Source of the DNA: an uncultured Acidobacteriota bacterium
GTDB taxonomy: Bacteria > Acidobacteriota > UBA6911
Direction: 5' to 3'
Length of the DNA: 64,000 nucleotides
NCBI GenBank assembly: GCA_963843575.1
Contig: CAWJKZ010000013.1
Span: 736,001 to 800,000, forward strand
How positions within the stretch are numbered: position 1 is the first letter of the stretch; each line of letters begins with the position of its first letter. The notes beneath the pieces are model-generated. The model was given only the letters and a program-made list of their open reading frames with translations. It was not told where the DNA came from and searched no databases. A program made the position numbers and the translations under genes. Positions 40,969 to 50,000 of the stretch are shown one piece after another.

Positions 40969-41856
40969 ATGAGCTATGTCACGCGCAGAAGACTGTACGA
41001 GTGGTGCCGCATTCCGGCGCGCGAACTCGCCAATCACCCGGGCGTGCGGGTCCCCTTGCGCGTCGTCGCCGACAGCCGCGAAATGGGTCTGCTGATGGCC
41101 CGGGAACTGGTGGACGTGATTGCGGCGAACAATGCCGCGGGAAGGCCGACGAGGGCCATCGTCCCCTGCGGCCCGACGTGCTGGTATGCGCCCTTCACGG
41201 CGCTGGTCAACGAAACGGGGGTTTCCCTCAGGAATCTGACCGTGTTTCACATGGACGAGTGCCTTGACTGGCAGGGAGGGCTCCTCCCCCGGAACCACCC
41301 CTACAATTTTCGCACGTTCATGGAGCGGCACTTCTACGGCGGCATCGCGCCTGGCCTGGCCGTCCCCGAGGCGCAGCGTTTCTGGCTCACGCCCGCCTCC
41401 GTCGAGCCGGTGCGCGCCGCGCTGGCAGCGGCGCCGGTCGACATCACCGTGGGCGGGTGGGGTCAGGATGGGCACATCGCATACAACCAGGCCCGGCGAC
41501 ACCCTTACAGCGCGGTCACGCTGGAGGAGGTGGCGAATTCCACGATCCGGATCCAGGAGAACAACCTCGACACGATCCTGGCGCTGGCCCAGCGCACCTT
41601 CGGATCGGCTTACCAGTTCGTGCCGCCCATGTCGATCACCCTCGGGGTGCGCGAGTGCCTTTCCGCGGCGAAGGTGCGCGTCTACAGCGACACCGGGGCG
41701 TGGAAGCAGACGGCGTTGCGTGTCGCGCTGTTCAGCGAGCCGACGCCGGAGTACCCGATGACTCTCCTGCAGTCGCACAAGGACGCTATCGTGACGGCGA
41801 CCTTCGAAACCTGCCGTCACCCGATCAGCGAGAACCCCGACTGGGAACTTTTCTGA
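40969..41856 (+). CDS. NagB/glucosamine-6-phosphate deaminase-isomerase family protein
   Basis: VPCGPT, FHMDEC, HPYNFR, GWGQDGHIAYNQ, VPPMSITLG, PMTLLQSH. Confidence 0.82.
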   Translation: MSYVTRRRLYEWCRIPARELANHPGVRVPLRVVADSREMGLLMARELVDVIAANNAAGRPTRAIVPCGPTCWYAPFTALVNETGVSLRNLTVFHMDECLDWQGGLLPRNHPYNFRTFMERHFYGGIAPGLAVPEAQRFWLTPASVEPVRAALAAAPVDITVGGWGQDGHIAYNQARRHPYSAVTLEEVANSTIRIQENNLDTILALAQRTFGSAYQFVPPMSITLGVRECLSAAKVRVYSDTGAWKQTALRVALFSEPTPEYPMTLLQSHKDAIVTATFETCRHPISENPDWELF

Positions 41857-41867
41857 CGGCCGCCCCC

Positions 41868-42981
41868 ATGGCAGGACGTGTACTTAAGGTCGACTCCTCT
41901 TCACCGTACCGCCTCGCAGCCGGGGTTGGAGGGATAGGGACCGGCTTGTTGTTCGCCCTGGCAGGGGATCACACGCTCGGGCGCAACGAGAGCCGCCCCG
42001 GCCGACTGCTCGACGTGCGCGACTACTGCAAACTCCACATCGTCTTCCACTACGTCTCGGTTCTGCTCGGAGCGCGGCCGTCGGGCGACCCGTTCCGGGT
42101 CCTGCCGATCGGGAAGGTCGGCGCAGACGCAGCCGGCGAACGCCTGCGGGGCGAGATGTCCGCCGCCGGCATGGATCTCCGCTTCCTCGGGGCGGCGGTG
42201 GACCGGCCAACCCTCCTGAGTGTATGTTTTCAATATCCCGACGGCGCGGGAGGCAACATCACAACCACCGAGTCCGCCGCTGCTGCGCTGGGGCCGGAGG
42301 ACCTCGACTCTGCCGCTCGGTTCCTGGAGTCTGCCGGCGGGCGATACCTTGCGCTCTCTGCGCCCGAAGTGTCGCTGGAGTCCAGGAGGCGCCTGCTGGA
42401 GATAGCATCCCGTCATGGGGCGTTCCGGGCCGCCTCGTTCGCGAGCGCCGAGATCCGCGCCGCGCGTGAGACGGGCATGTTCGAGCTGCTGGACCTCGTC
42501 GCGCTGAACGAAGACGAGGCGTCGATGCTGGGTGAAAAGTTCCGGGCGGAGGCGCCCGAGCGTTTCCTAGAACACTGCTGGCGGGAGCTGTCCGGGCACA
42601 ATCCCGGCCTCCGGGTCGTCGTGACGGCGGGCCGGAACGGCGCGTTCGGCTGCGAGCGCGGGTCGTGGGAACACAGCCCCTCGCTTCCAGTGCCGGTGTC
42701 CGGCACCGCGGGGGCCGGCGACGCACTGCTCGGCGGGCTCCTCGCCTGCACGGCGGCCGGCGTCCCGTTCATCACCCCCGGTGTGCCGCGCCGGGCGCTT
42801 TCCGACCGACCGCTGGCCGGCGCGCTCGACCTCGGCGGTGTTGCTCGCGGCATTTACCTTGACCTCGCCGCACACGATTCACCCGGACGCGACGCTCGAC
42901 TCGCTGATCGATTTCGCGGGCCGGCACGGCCTGGAGTTCGATTCCACACTGGCGCGGCACTGGACCGCAGCGACGGAGTAA
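41868..42981 (+). CDS. PfkB family carbohydrate kinase; one extra base near 42837
   Basis: IGKVGADAAG, LNEDEA, VTAGRNG, GTAGAGDA. True C-terminus (LLAAFTLTSPHTIHPD...) is in the +1 frame, ending at TAA 42981. Confidence 0.82.
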
Positions 42982-42986
42982 ACCCC

Positions 42987-44372
42987 ATGGACGACCTGAC
43001 CGACAACCCGACCGCGGCCGAAGCCGCCCGCACCGCGCGCCGGCTGGTGAGGCCCGTGCGTGAGGACATCGTTGCGCTGCTGCAGCAGCTCGTGCGCGCC
43101 GACACGGTCGCCGTCCCCCCGAGGGGCAACGAAGCCGCAGGCCAGAAGGTCCTCGTCCGCGCGCTCAAGGCCAGGAAGATCGACGTCGAGATGTACGACA
43201 CCGGGACCATGAACGAGGCCGACCACCCTTACGCGCGGCGGAGCCGCGATTACTCCGGACGGCCCAACGTCGTCGCGCGGCTGACCGGTTCCGGGGGCGG
43301 CCGCAGCCTGCTCCTGAACGGACACATCGACACGGTGCCGCCCGGGCCGAACCCCTGGAAAGACGACCCGTGGTCTGGAAGAATCGCCCGCGGACGCCTC
43401 TACGGCCGCGGGAGCTTCGACATGAAGGGCGGCCTTGCCGCGCAGTTCGGCGTCATATTGGCCCTCAAGCGCGCAGGCCTGCGTCTGGCCGGGGACCTCC
43501 TGTGCGAATCGGTGGTCGACGAGGAGTGGGGCGGCGGCGGCGGGACGCTCGCCGCCCGACTGCGCGGCGACACCGCGGACGCCTGCTCGATCGGGGAAGT
43601 GACAAACCTGTCCCTGCTCCGGGCCACGCGCGGAGGCTACATCTTCGAGATCGCCGCGCGCGCCGGTGATCCGTCCCGGTATTTCTCCAAGGAGGAAGTG
43701 ATCGGCCCGGCCGTCCCCATGGGACGGCTGTTGGGCTGGGTGGACGAGTGGGCACGGAAACGAAGGCAGGTGGACAAGCGCGGGGCCTACGCCGAATTCC
43801 CCGACCCGGCACCCGTGCAGGTGCTCGCGCTCGAGGCGAACCGGTTCGATCCCGAAACGCCGTGGAGCGTCCCATTGACGGCCCGGGTGTGCATCTACCT
43901 GCAGTTCCTGCCGCACGAGGATGTGCCGGCGGTGATCGACCAGGTCAAGGCCTCGTTCCGCCGATTCTGTCGCTCCGACCCATTCTTCCGCGCCTATCCC
44001 CCCGAGTGGCGCGACATCCTCGCCCCCCCACTGCTCGGTCACGAGCTGGACGCCGGTCACGAATGGGTGCAATGCATGGCCCGGAGCGCCTCAGCCGTGC
44101 TGCGACGCCCGGTGCGCCCGGCGGCCGCGGAGTTCCCCTGCGATGCGTTTCTGCAGCAGAACCTGTTCGGGATCCCTACGGTCGTCTTCGGCCCATGCGG
44201 GGCCGGGGCGCACAATCAGGACGAGTATGTCACGATAACGTCGGTGATCCGGACCGCCGAAACCCTCCTGGCGGCGGCGTTGATCTGGTGCAGCGCGACG
44301 ATCACGGGAAGCAGTTCTCCGCCGGGACGCGACGCGATCCGAGACTCGAACCGCAAACGGAGGAAACAATGA
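42987..44372 (+). CDS. M20 family metallo-deacylase (ArgE/DapE-like)
   Basis: LNGHIDTV, YGRGSFDMKGG, VDEE, GAHNQDE. Confidence 0.88.
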   Translation: MDDLTDNPTAAEAARTARRLVRPVREDIVALLQQLVRADTVAVPPRGNEAAGQKVLVRALKARKIDVEMYDTGTMNEADHPYARRSRDYSGRPNVVARLTGSGGGRSLLLNGHIDTVPPGPNPWKDDPWSGRIARGRLYGRGSFDMKGGLAAQFGVILALKRAGLRLAGDLLCESVVDEEWGGGGGTLAARLRGDTADACSIGEVTNLSLLRATRGGYIFEIAARAGDPSRYFSKEEVIGPAVPMGRLLGWVDEWARKRRQVDKRGAYAEFPDPAPVQVLALEANRFDPETPWSVPLTARVCIYLQFLPHEDVPAVIDQVKASFRRFCRSDPFFRAYPPEWRDILAPPLLGHELDAGHEWVQCMARSASAVLRRPVRPAAAEFPCDAFLQQNLFGIPTVVFGPCGAGAHNQDEYVTITSVIRTAETLLAAALIWCSATITGSSSPPGRDAIRDSNRKRRKQ

Positions 44373-45403
44373 CTCTTTGGAAAATAGCCGCGACTGCCGC
44401 GCTTCTCCTGGCGGTGAATGGCGTGGCACAGACGGGGCTGCAACGCATCGATGCGCATGCCCACACCTACCTGGCAGACCCGGTGTTTCTCCAGATGCTG
44501 GAGCGCCAGAACGTGCGCGTCCTGAACATCTGCGTCGTGGACAAGTACGAGAAGGGTTACGAGGAAGCCCCGCTGCAGCACGCGCTGGCTCTGAAGGTCT
44601 ATCGTGCCGCAAAAGGGCGGGTGCCCTGGTGCTCGACCTTCGACCCGCAGGATTTCGAAAGCCCCGGCTTCGCACAGCGCGCCATCGCCCAACTCGAGGA
44701 GACGTACCGCAACGGCGCCGTCGCAGTGAAAATCTACAAGAGCATCGGGATGGATCTGAAAAAGCGTTCGGGCGCCTACCTGATGCCGGACGATCCCGTC
44801 TTCGATCCCATCTTCCAGTCTGTGGCGGCGCACGACAAGACGCTGTACGCCCACATCGCGGAGCCGATCGGGGCGTGGCGGCCGCTCGATCCCAAGGATC
44901 CCGATTACGGATACTACAAGGCGAGCCCCGCCTGGCACATGTACGGCCACCCCGATAAACCGAGCAAGGAGCAGATCCTTGCCGCACGCGACCGGATGAT
45001 CGCGCGAAACCCCAAGCTCCGCGTGGTAGGGTGCCACCTCGGCAGCATGGAGGAGGACGTCTCCCAGATCGCGCTGCGGCTCGACCGCTACCCGAATTTC
45101 GCCGTCGACACCGCTGCCCGCATCACCCACCTTGCCCTTCAACCGCGCGACAAGGTGCGCGCATTCCTGACGAAGTACCAGGACCGGGTTTTATACGCCA
45201 CCGACCTCACGGCCATGACCTGGGATAATCCCGAAACGGTCGCAAAGCGCTGGGCGGCGGAGTACGACCGCGACTGGAAATACTTCGCGACCGATCAGGC
45301 CGTCGAGTTCGACGGCCGCAAGGTCGCGGGCCTTGCGCTGCCGGATCCCGTCCTCCGGAAGATTTTTCGCGACAATGCCTTGAAGTGGGTGCCGGGCATG
45401 TAG
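44369..45403 (+). CDS. Exported amidohydrolase_2 family metallohydrolase
   Basis: GGAGG RBS, signal peptide, IDAHAH, KIYK, AHIAE, GCHLGS, YATD. Confidence 0.85.
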   Translation: MTLWKIAATAALLLAVNGVAQTGLQRIDAHAHTYLADPVFLQMLERQNVRVLNICVVDKYEKGYEEAPLQHALALKVYRAAKGRVPWCSTFDPQDFESPGFAQRAIAQLEETYRNGAVAVKIYKSIGMDLKKRSGAYLMPDDPVFDPIFQSVAAHDKTLYAHIAEPIGAWRPLDPKDPDYGYYKASPAWHMYGHPDKPSKEQILAARDRMIARNPKLRVVGCHLGSMEEDVSQIALRLDRYPNFAVDTAARITHLALQPRDKVRAFLTKYQDRVLYATDLTAMTWDNPETVAKRWAAEYDRDWKYFATDQAVEFDGRKVAGLALPDPVLRKIFRDNALKWVPGM

Positions 45404-45492
45404 GCGTCCCCAGCCACGGCCTTGGAGCCCACGAGGTCGGCCACAGGGATGCCCCTCGAAGGGTTCAGGGACTCCACCAAATGTGGTTCGGG

Positions 45493-45515
45493 GCGGCGCC
45501 GAGCCGCCGCACTCC
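45493..45515 (-). repeat. Single GGAG-type REP-like hairpin
   Basis: Minus strand GGAGTGCGGCGGCTCGGCGCCGC: tetranucleotide plus imperfect palindrome; single copy in the window. Confidence 0.4.
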
Positions 45516-45693
45516 ACATCGAGGCAGCATGAAATACGGCGCCCTGACGGCAGGCTTAAATTGTTTTCGCCGCATTCGGGTTTCCGGACGCAAGGGCGGG
45601 GGTCAGCGTCTGGCAGGGTACGCTCGCTGCTGTTGCCCGACAGGTCGCATTCCCACTATCTGGCCCGGAAGCGCTGAGCGGGACGTTGAAAAC

Positions 45694-45718
45694 GGGCCGC
45701 GCCGACCCGACGCGGCCC
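45694..45718. repeat. REP-like hairpin, family B, copy 2
   Basis: GGGCCGCGCCGACCCGACGCGGCCC, 23/25 identical to 10631-10655. Confidence 0.5.
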
Positions 45719-45731
45719 TGAGACGATACGG

Positions 45732-46244
45732 TTACGGCTGGCCTGGGATCGTTTTGGCAGGCTCGGGCTTCTGGAGCATTTTCAAAGCCTCGGCGGAGAG
45801 CTTGAACTTGATCGTGGCGGCGCCGTTCTTTATGTCGAACTCCTTGGTGAGGTCGACCTTCTTGTCGAACTGAACGATACCGTCGATGCGCTGCCCCTTG
45901 GCTGCGGTCCCCTCAAAATTCTTGATGTTCTGCGTGGTTCCCTTCACCGATTCGCCGCCCTGCATGAGGGTAAAATCAGTGTCGACCTGGATGTCCTTTT
46001 CGGGCATGCCCTGGACGTAAAGCATCGTTCCCAGGTTCGCGCGGGCCCTCAGCGCGTACTTCCCGGGGGCCTCGAACAGCACGTCGACCGTGCGGTCGTT
46101 CAGGTGCACGAAGCTGAGGGTCACGCCGTCGTAGGTGCCCGTCCGGGTAAACTCCTTCAGCAAGGCAGCCTTGTCGACCTCCTGGGCGAAGGCGCAGGAT
46201 CCGAGCAAAACCACCACTGGCAACAGCCTCAAAAACATTCTCAT
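45732..46244 (-). CDS. Secreted hypothetical protein
   Basis: GGGAG RBS; signal peptide ending AFA; coding-like composition. Confidence 0.72.
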   Translation of the reverse strand: MRMFLRLLPVVVLLGSCAFAQEVDKAALLKEFTRTGTYDGVTLSFVHLNDRTVDVLFEAPGKYALRARANLGTMLYVQGMPEKDIQVDTDFTLMQGGESVKGTTQNIKNFEGTAAKGQRIDGIVQFDKKVDLTKEFDIKNGAATIKFKLSAEALKMLQKPEPAKTIPGQP

Positions 46245-46369
46245 GATTTCGTAATCTCCCTAGTTACTCCAGAACTACCGTGCAAAGCAAAAATAGACCG
46301 GTCAGCATACGCCCCATTGCCGCGCTTCGCAACGAAATTGGGACACGCGGGCAGGCCGCTCCGGCTTGC

Positions 46370-47358
46370 CCGAAGCTACGGGGGTGCGTGGCGCACGAAC
46401 GACTCCACCTACATGGTCTACGACCCGGCCAACCTCAAGCTGGTGCTGAAAGGGGGCGCGACCTATTTCTTCAACTACGCCGACCCGCTCGATCCCACGA
46501 TCCGCTACGCCACCCGGGTGCGCGACACGAACGGGAACTATCTCGACATCGCCTATGCCGGCAGCGGCGGCCGCATCACCACGATCCAGGACACCCTGGG
46601 CGGCACCTACACGTTCCTCCTCGACGCCAACAGCCATCTTCAGCAGATCAAGTACTGGAACACCAACGACACCACCCAGGCCACCAGCACCCTGACGCTG
46701 AGCTACGAGTCCGAGGCGGTGCAGTTCGGGGCCGGGGAGCCGACCGACCCCACCCTGCCGGCGCAATACGCCATGACGCAGGTGATCTACCCTACCGGGG
46801 TGCGCTACCACTTTTCCTACAACTCCAGCGGGGAGGTCGCGGACATCACCTAACCCGCCGGCGGGCATAGCCGGTATTTCTATACGACCTACCAGGTGTA
46901 CGACCGGCTGCTGGGCCAGCAGGTGCGCGAACACATGGTGACCAGCCACGACACGGGAGACGGCACTCTCAGCCAGACCTGGGCCTATGCTGCTCTATTC
47001 GACGACGATCACGCTGCCGACCGAGCCTTACCAGACCATTGTCACGCACTACATGAGAAAGTCCAGCCCGGGGTGGGCCGAGGGATTCCTGACCTCGTCG
47101 ACCTCCTTCTGGCTGTCGGGCGTATACGCGGAGACCGTCCAGGACTGGACCCAGGACGACGAGTTCATAACCGACGTCAAGAATCCCCGGGTGACCTATT
47201 CCGAGAAGAAGCTGAAGGGGACTCCCGACCTGCCCATCCGGACCGAATACACCTATGCGGCCGCCACGGATTACAGCGGGAACGTCAAAGAGGTCAGGGA
47301 GTTCACGTTTGCCGGAGCCTTGCGACGAAAGACGGTCTTCAACTACCGGCAGGACTGA
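46370..47358 (+). pseudogene. RHS/YD-repeat protein fragment
   Basis: RVRDTNGN, TIQDTLG, VIYPTG...YNSSGEVADIT, DYSGNVKEVRE. No start; in-frame TAA at 46851 followed by continuing PAGGHSRYFY; frame shift near 46990; no RHS core end. Confidence 0.75.
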
Positions 47359-47390
47359 CTCAAGCTGGCGGAGTCACAAGGCAGACGTGA

Positions 47391-47756
47391 ACTGTACGGT
47401 CGGATTACCGTTTCAGCCGCCGGGATTTGCGCGAGTACACGTGTTGGGGCAATACGGCGCCGAAGACCCACCTGGCGCGGCCGGAGGGACTCGAATACCT
47501 GCTGATCCACCGCGGCGGCCGCGGTCAGATTTTCGTTTACGAGCTCGTTTTCGAGCGCAGCGCCGGCGACGACAAACCGGTGCTGCACGGCCTGATCGAC
47601 GTTCAGAAATTGCGCTACGACGAAAACCGGTCGGGGCCGGAAGGGGTCAAGTCGGCCCCAGGTCGGGGGGATGTCAGAGGGTGGTCGGGGCAAGCCCGAG
47701 CCGGTAACGACGGGCCTCGGCGCGGGATTTCGGCTGTTTTTGCGAAAAAACACTGA
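47391..47756 (+). pseudogene. C-terminal remnant of a mobile-element primase-like protein (type found with Xer-like integrases and RHS cargo)
   Basis: DYRFSRRDLREYTCWGNT..KTHLAR..GLEYLLIHRGGRGQIFVYEL...GLIDV..L resembles, from memory, the C-terminus of CHC2/Toprim primases of such islands; in-frame stop at 47388. Confidence 0.55.
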
Positions 47757-47949
47757 TACCGGGGTGGCGGAAGAAAACCCGGTCGTAATCGTAGCCGCAG
47801 GAGGACGCTGACCATGGCCCGCTTCGTCAAAAAACGAAAACCCGCCCCGCCGCCGGCCTCCCCCTTTTGCGGCTCTGGCCGAGAAGCACCTCGAAGATAC
47901 CGGATGGGAAAACTGCCTAAGCCTGGGGCATTTTTCCTGAGTCGGAGGG

Positions 47950-48618
47950 TCAGGAACCCGTCACCATCTGTTGAACGCGGAAAACGTAGCGGATGATGCG
48001 CGAGCGGTCCGGCTCGGTGATCGAGAGGAAGTAAATGCCCGTGTGGTACGTGGGCTTATCGGGCGCGGAGCCCGGGACGATCTCCGAGTGCACCACCTTG
48101 GCGACGATCTTGATGATCGGGAGTTCGGCGGGGAGGGTCAGTTTGACCTCGAGGGTCGTGCCTTCGGGGAAAGGCGCGTCGCCACGGATCCCTATGCCCG
48201 ATCCGCTGAGGTCGTAGGTGTGTGTTCTCAGATGAATGGCGCTGTCGGGCTGCCCGGGCGACCTGTCCGGGCGGTTGCCGATCATCTCCACTGCGACCGC
48301 GGTGCGCACGCGGAAGTACTGCCGTCTCTGGATGCGTTCCGCCACGCCGCTCGGCCGGACGCGAAGCTGCGGGATGGGATGCTGCTCGCGCTGCTCGACG
48401 ATGCCGCCGAAAGCGTAGGCCGCATCCTGTCGCACGAACGACATCCAGATCTGCTGCTGCTCTCGGATCGGCAGGCGCACGCCGCGGTCGGTCGGCCACG
48501 CGATGACGATGCACCCCTCCGCGAGATCGTTGACCCGGCTCGGGTAGGTAAGCGAGTCCGGAGCGTCCATCATTTTGACCTGAAGCAGCTCGTTTATCTC
48601 GATCGGAGCTTCTTTCAA
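47950..48618 (-). CDS. PilZ-domain c-di-GMP receptor (YcgR/flagellar brake-like)
   Basis: QRRQYFR (RxxxR) and DLSGSG (DxSxxG); YcgR-like N-domain; start uncertain. Confidence 0.85.
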   Translation of the reverse strand: MKEAPIEINELLQVKMMDAPDSLTYPSRVNDLAEGCIVIAWPTDRGVRLPIREQQQIWMSFVRQDAAYAFGGIVEQREQHPIPQLRVRPSGVAERIQRRQYFRVRTAVAVEMIGNRPDRSPGQPDSAIHLRTHTYDLSGSGIGIRGDAPFPEGTTLEVKLTLPAELPIIKIVAKVVHSEIVPGSAPDKPTYHTGIYFLSITEPDRSRIIRYVFRVQQMVTGS

Positions 48619-48851
48619 TTGCGCCTGCCTCGCCCGGGCGGACCACTGTGTTCGCGGCGGTTCTCTTCTTGATATCGGAAATGGGACGCGGAAGCCATAC
48701 AAAAATCGAGGCATCTTAGCACATCGACGCGAGCGCGACGCGCGGGCCTTTTTGCCTTGCCCGTGGACGCGCAGCTGAGCTACAAAGGGACTCTGATGCC
48801 ACGCGCCCGGCCATGAAGGCCGGGCGTGGATCCTTCGGACGCGCGCCCCAC

Positions 48852-50000
48852 ATGAGACCTGTCCGCTTCATTCACACATCCGACATCCACCTGGACACGA
48901 GTTTCTCCGGAGCGACCCTCCCGTCGAGACTGGGGGACCGCAAACGCGAGGCGGTGCGCGGCACTTTCCGCCGCATCCTCGAGGAAGCGGCCCGCTTGCC
49001 CGCGGACTTTGTGCTTGTGGCCGGGGATCTGTTCGAGCACGACCGGGTCACCGCCGACACGGTCGAGTTCCTCAAGCAGCAGTTTGCGGCGCTGGGCGCG
49101 ATTCGAGTCTTCATCGCTCCTGGGAACCACGACCCTTACCTGCACGGGTCGCCCTACCAGGGTGAAGTCTGGCCGAACAACGTCCACATCTTCCGCGAGG
49201 AGCGGTTTCAGTCGGTGGAGATGGCGGACATCGGAGTGCGCGTCACGGGCTTCGGCTTCAACCGCACCCGGATGTACGACCGGCCATTCGCGGGCCTCGC
49301 GCCCCTCCCGGCCGACGGAGTCAACGTCGTCCTGGCGCACGCTTCGGAGTCGGGGCGCCTGCCGGCGGGCAAAACCGGGCACGCCCCCTTTGCCATAGAC
49401 GAAGTCGCAGGGAAGAACATCGCCTACTGCGCGCTGGGGCACTATCATCAGCAACGCCCGGTGGAGAACCCCATCGACCGGACTCAGGTCTGGTACTCGG
49501 GGATCCCGGAAGGTCGGGCCTGGGACGAGGAGAAGGGCTGCGGGTACCTGAGCTGCGAAATCGGGGAGGACACCCTCGTTTCGATCCAAGACCGACGCTG
49601 TGAACAGCACCCCTTCCGGACGATCGCCGTCTGCTGCGAGGGTTTCACCACGCGGGAGCAGATCGTCGACGCCATCCGGCAGCAACGGGATTTGCTCTAC
49701 GACGCATCGACTATCCTGCGCGTCCGGCTCGAAGGCGCGGTGGACCCCCGGCTGGACCTCTCCTGGACAGAACTCGAGGAACGACTGACGGGGGAGGCTC
49801 TGCACCTGGTCTGGGAGAACCGGACGCAACCGGCGATTGACTTCGAGGCGATGGCCCGCGAAAACACCCTGCGCGGCCAGTTCGCCAGGGCAATGAACGA
49901 ACAGGTGGCCGCCGCCCCGGACGACGAGCGCGAGGTTCTCGAGCGCGCCCGCCTTTACGGGCTGCAGTCCCTCCTCGACCGTGAGGTGCGCGTCCGGTGA
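48852..50000 (+). CDS. Mre11/SbcD-like metallophosphoesterase nuclease (YhaO-like)
   Basis: HTSDIHL, AGDLF, PGNHD, ALGHYH, YSGIPEGR. Confidence 0.9.
   Translation: MRPVRFIHTSDIHLDTSFSGATLPSRLGDRKREAVRGTFRRILEEAARLPADFVLVAGDLFEHDRVTADTVEFLKQQFAALGAIRVFIAPGNHDPYLHGSPYQGEVWPNNVHIFREERFQSVEMADIGVRVTGFGFNRTRMYDRPFAGLAPLPADGVNVVLAHASESGRLPAGKTGHAPFAIDEVAGKNIAYCALGHYHQQRPVENPIDRTQVWYSGIPEGRAWDEEKGCGYLSCEIGEDTLVSIQDRRCEQHPFRTIAVCCEGFTTREQIVDAIRQQRDLLYDASTILRVRLEGAVDPRLDLSWTELEERLTGEALHLVWENRTQPAIDFEAMARENTLRGQFARAMNEQVAAAPDDEREVLERARLYGLQSLLDREVRVR

Noticed and set aside
41457-44372. Apparent 971-aa PfkB-M20 fusion
   Set aside because: The kinase's real C-terminus is in another frame with a stop at 42981, and M20 has its own ATG at 42987.
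46851-46853. Stop-codon read-through or recoding in the RHS fragment
   Set aside because: The fragment also lacks both ends and has a frameshift; TAA is used as a normal stop elsewhere in the window.
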